Source of the DNA: Mustelus asterias
Taxonomy: Eukaryota
Length of the DNA stretch: 64,000 bases
Direction of reading: 5' to 3'
Assembly: GCF_964213995.1 (NCBI RefSeq)
Contig: NW_027590121.1
Span: forward strand, 62,001-126,000
Shown here: piece after piece, positions 60,735 to 64,000 of the stretch
How the letters are laid out: every line of letters begins with the position of its first letter
Position numbering within the stretch: position 1 is the stretch's first letter
Notes under the pieces: model-generated
Seen by the model: the letters and a program-made list of their open reading frames with translations, nothing else
The model's database searches: none
Told to the model about the DNA's origin: nothing
Made by a program: the position numbers and the translations under genes

Positions 60735-61295
60735 AGAAACATAGAAACATAGAAAAACTACAGCACAATACAGGAAAGTTGTGTCGAACATGTCCCCACC
60801 TTAGCGATTACTAGGCTTACCTATAACCCTCTATCTTACTAAGTTCCATGGACTTATCTAAAAGTCTCTTAAAAGACCCTATTGAATCCGCCTCCACCAC
60901 CGTTGCTGGCAGCCCATTCCACGCACCCACCACCCTCTGAGTGAAAAACTTACCCCTACATCTCCTCTGTACCTACTCCCCAGCACCTTAAACCTGTGTC
61001 CCCTAGTGGCAACCATTTCAGCCCTGGGAAAAAGCCTCTGACTATCCACTCGATCAATATCTCTCAACATCTTATACACCTCTATCAGGTCACCCCTCAT
61101 CCATCGTCTCTCCAAGGAGAAAATGCCGAGCTCACTCAACCTGTCATCATAAGGCATGCTGCCCAACCCAGGCAACATCCTTGTAAATCTCCTCTGCACC
61201 CTTTCTATGGCTCCCACATCCTTCCTGCAATGAGGCGACCAGAACTGAGCACAGTGCTGCAAGTGTGGTCTGACCAGGGTCTTAAAGAGCTGCAA
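60735..61295 (-). mobile_element. CR1 LINE 3' fragment
   Basis: LFKTLVRPHLQHCAQFWSPH...; (TTTCTATG)n tail. Confidence 0.88.
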
Positions 61296-61444
61296 ATAGT
61301 TATATAGTCTTATATAACATAACACGTGATAAGGAAAGGGTGATTTCGGACAGCCACTTGTCCCTCTGGAATACTAGACTAGCTGCAGAACCACAATATT
61401 ATCGTTCCAGTACCCGCTGCAGTAAACAAACAAACATGGTGAGA

Positions 61445-61461
61445 CACCGCCATCTGGTGGC
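61445..61461 (-). promoter_or_regulatory. Candidate CTCF site
   Basis: Minus strand GCCACCAGATGGCGGTG. Confidence 0.6.
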
Positions 61462-61987
61462 TATGTGAGGCTAATTCCTGGAAAATCACCGAATTCTCAA
61501 GTTCCTGAAATATGTTGTTACAAGACTCTGCCGCATTATTCTTGCAAATATTGTTATTGTTGCAATGCAATGAACGTATACATGAGAGCCAATTCCACTT
61601 TTATCTTAAACACTGCCGATTTATTGTAATGCCTCAGCCACTCTGGATCACGAAGCTTGCTTTAGCGATATGAATCCGCCAAGGTCCCAATGAAATCCAG
61701 ATTTTAAAACAACAACACATGCCAATTATGTAAATATACCCCCTGTTCACACATTCGTTCGAGATTTAAATGGTACTGTTTCAATTTTGGTTTCCTCGGT
61801 TGGCAGCAAACTAGGAAAATAATGTCGGAATTAATATTAAACAGTAAGCGTAACAAAAGTGAAATTATGAAAAAGGCATAAGCATCAGGAATAATAAAAT
61901 AAAAACAATAACATCCGTAATAATCTGGCATGGTAATATTTTAGTATGCTGCAGTATTCGAGAATAATTGGGTTTACGCAGATCATT

Positions 61988-62002
61988 CCACTAGGTGGCG
62001 CT
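61988..62002 (+). promoter_or_regulatory. Candidate CTCF site
   Basis: CCACTAGGTGGCGCT, a consensus match. Confidence 0.65.
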
Positions 62003-63478
62003 CCAGAAACTTTTATTTGACCGAAAGTACGTAAAACTGCAGTTCACCGCTCTCACATGTGACAGCTGTAAATTACAGGAAATAATGTTGTGGTGTGACA
62101 CTTCACTGTGAACAGTGGTATATTTAGGACAAGCACCCGTCGATGAATTGTCAATGTTATGGCAAAGGAGACTTGGAGAGTGAACTTTGCCAGCCATTGC
62201 ATTTCATGGTGCACGGTCACAGGGTTTACTGAAGGAAAAAATCAGCGCAATGTTTCTAATTAATAGCGTTGATCAGTGAGGAGGACAGCAAAAGAGAGAG
62301 AGGGAGGGTATGTCTGTGAGAGAGAGGTCGTGCGGGTTCCCATGCTTGTGATGTAAGATTTTGGTTACGATTGTTCACAAACACAAAGTATCCAGAAAAT
62401 ACAAGGACTTGAAAATCTCTTCATTTCGCTATGAGCGCCAGAGAGACAACTCTTTGTGGCGGTGATCCACAATGCCCCGTGTCCTCTGTATAAATAATGT
62501 TTCAAACAGCACACACAGCGGCTGCACTGGAAATAAACTTCCATCATTTGTAAAGTGCTTTCAGATGTCCAGAATCCATCAAGGGCGCGAGACCAGTAAA
62601 AAAAACTTTTATTTCCCTTGAAGAGTAATAGTTTATTCCAAAGGTTAAACATGTTATCCGGCCGCTTCCATCAGGACGCGCAAAGGTTGCTGCTTTAAAT
62701 TTCCGTTTCTTTATTTTAATCCATGATTGGGTGGATGAACAGTCACTAACTCCCGGGATATCCAGGATTCAGTCTTCAGTCTATTCCGAGATTCTTTCCT
62801 CCCCACAAGACACACGGATTCTTTCAGGAAAAACAATGCCAGAAGGTACTTGGGTGACGCTGATGGAAAGTGACTGAGGCATCGAGAGGTTGCTCCTATC
62901 TATCTCTCAGTTATCAGGCTGATCACCTCGATTAACCGTTGCATCAATCCGGCATGTGTAAATATAAACTATATATAAATTGTCAAAACAGTGTAAATAC
63001 CTCAGAATTAACAATATACGCGCTAATCTACACACAACGCTTGCCAGGCTAGGTTCCGTTGTTATTTTTACCGCCGATGAAGCAGAAGATTTGAGGAGAC
63101 TCTAGTCACAGGATCCATTCAGATGCGGCCGTGCACTCCGCGGCGGATGGTGAATTGTCAAAGGTGCCGAATGAGATGTTAAATCGAGGGCACCGACTGC
63201 CTTCTCAGATGGACGTGATAGTGCGCAAGGACACTATTTCGAAGAAGAGCAGTAGAGTTGCTCTAGTCAATAACTACCCAAGAATAAACGTCCTGAAACA
63301 GGCTATGCATAATAATGTTGTTTGAAGGACCATGGTGGGGGCCAAATTGGCTTGTGTTTTTTTCATTCATCGTATGAGTGACATTAAACACATTGTGTGA
63401 CATCCGGTAAATCGGCATATAAATATTCTATAATGATTCACTCAACTGCCACATTGGAATGTTGAGTAATGCTCTGAC

Positions 63479-64000
63479 AGTTTTTGTACAGGTTCAGCCC
63501 ATTTCTGTGTCTCTGTGGGTCTCAGTGCGCAGTAATACACCCCGGAGTCTGCCAGCTCTATCTTAGACACATTCAGCGGAATGGTGCTCTTCATAAAGTC
63601 AAACTCTGCAGAGAAACGGTCCCCTCGGAATCTTTCTGTGTTCCCGCTGTACCTACTTTTCTGATACAGAAACTCCATGGACCCGCTGGGATACTGACGA
63701 TACCAGAATAGAATACGTGAATTTTACCAGAAAGCCTAATGTCTGCAGTACAAATCTTGAGAAATACTTAGCTAGTCTGACAAACTCCGGTAAGATGTTA
63801 CTTGAGATTTGCTGGCATTGTATTAAAATCAGAAGGGAAGATTAGATAATTTTTAAATGTTGACACTTTCTCTTATTTTCTGGCTCATCGCTGGGTCGTT
63901 GCTGGTTGCAGCTGTAAAGTTACAGAACAACTGACCGTCACGTCCTTCACTCACTGTGACTGCAGCTGGTGTCTGTGTAACAGAGTCTCCTCCACAATAT
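63479..64000 (-). pseudogene. TCR alpha/delta-like V gene 'E' with 23-RSS, CDR1 interrupted by about 180 bp; leader beyond the right edge
   Basis: CGGDSVTQTPAAVTVSEGRDGQLFCNFTAATSND [63894-63715] ILFWYRQYPSGSMEFLY...RFSAEFDFMKSTIPLNVSKIELADSGVYYCALRP, then CACAGAG-23-ACAAAAACT. Confidence 0.88.

Noticed and set aside
60068-60791. 224-aa and 127-aa hydrophobic ORFs
   Set aside because: Translations of GA-rich low-complexity sequence.
1-64000. J segments (12-RSS + FGxG), D segments, C exons, Ig octamer promoters
   Set aside because: None found by eye. Weak ones could have been missed and an RSS scan is needed.

Overview
Eukaryotic (cartilaginous fish, most likely shark) genomic DNA, judged from HE1-type SINEs, CR1/HER1-type LINEs, Penelope-like elements and shark-style C2H2 zinc-finger genes. 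It contains one 200-N gap. Contents: (i) a head-to-head pair of paralogous C2H2 ZNF genes around a bidirectional promoter, plus a third ZNF pseudogene; (ii) at least six T-cell-receptor alpha/delta-like V gene segments or fragments (leader exons, V exons, 23-bp-spacer RSS, CRE/CCAAT promoters), all apparently disabled, with no J or C exon seen; (iii) a large, mostly decayed tRNA cluster (Leu, Thr, Ser, Glu, Val, Gln, Lys, Pro) built by tandem and inverted segmental duplication, where only tRNA-Leu(TAG) looks fully intact; (iv) an intact two-exon GPR139-like class A GPCR; (v) one full-length CR1 LINE with both ORFs open, plus many LINE/SINE/Penelope fragments. Best leads: a V family lacking the canonical Cys23 and Trp41, tRNA-Pro(TGG) genes with an 18-nt insert at the canonical intron site, a 5S rRNA-SINE chimera inserted as one unit with a target-site duplication, and a V exon split by an inversion. 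All calls are by eye. Repeat boundaries are approximate.
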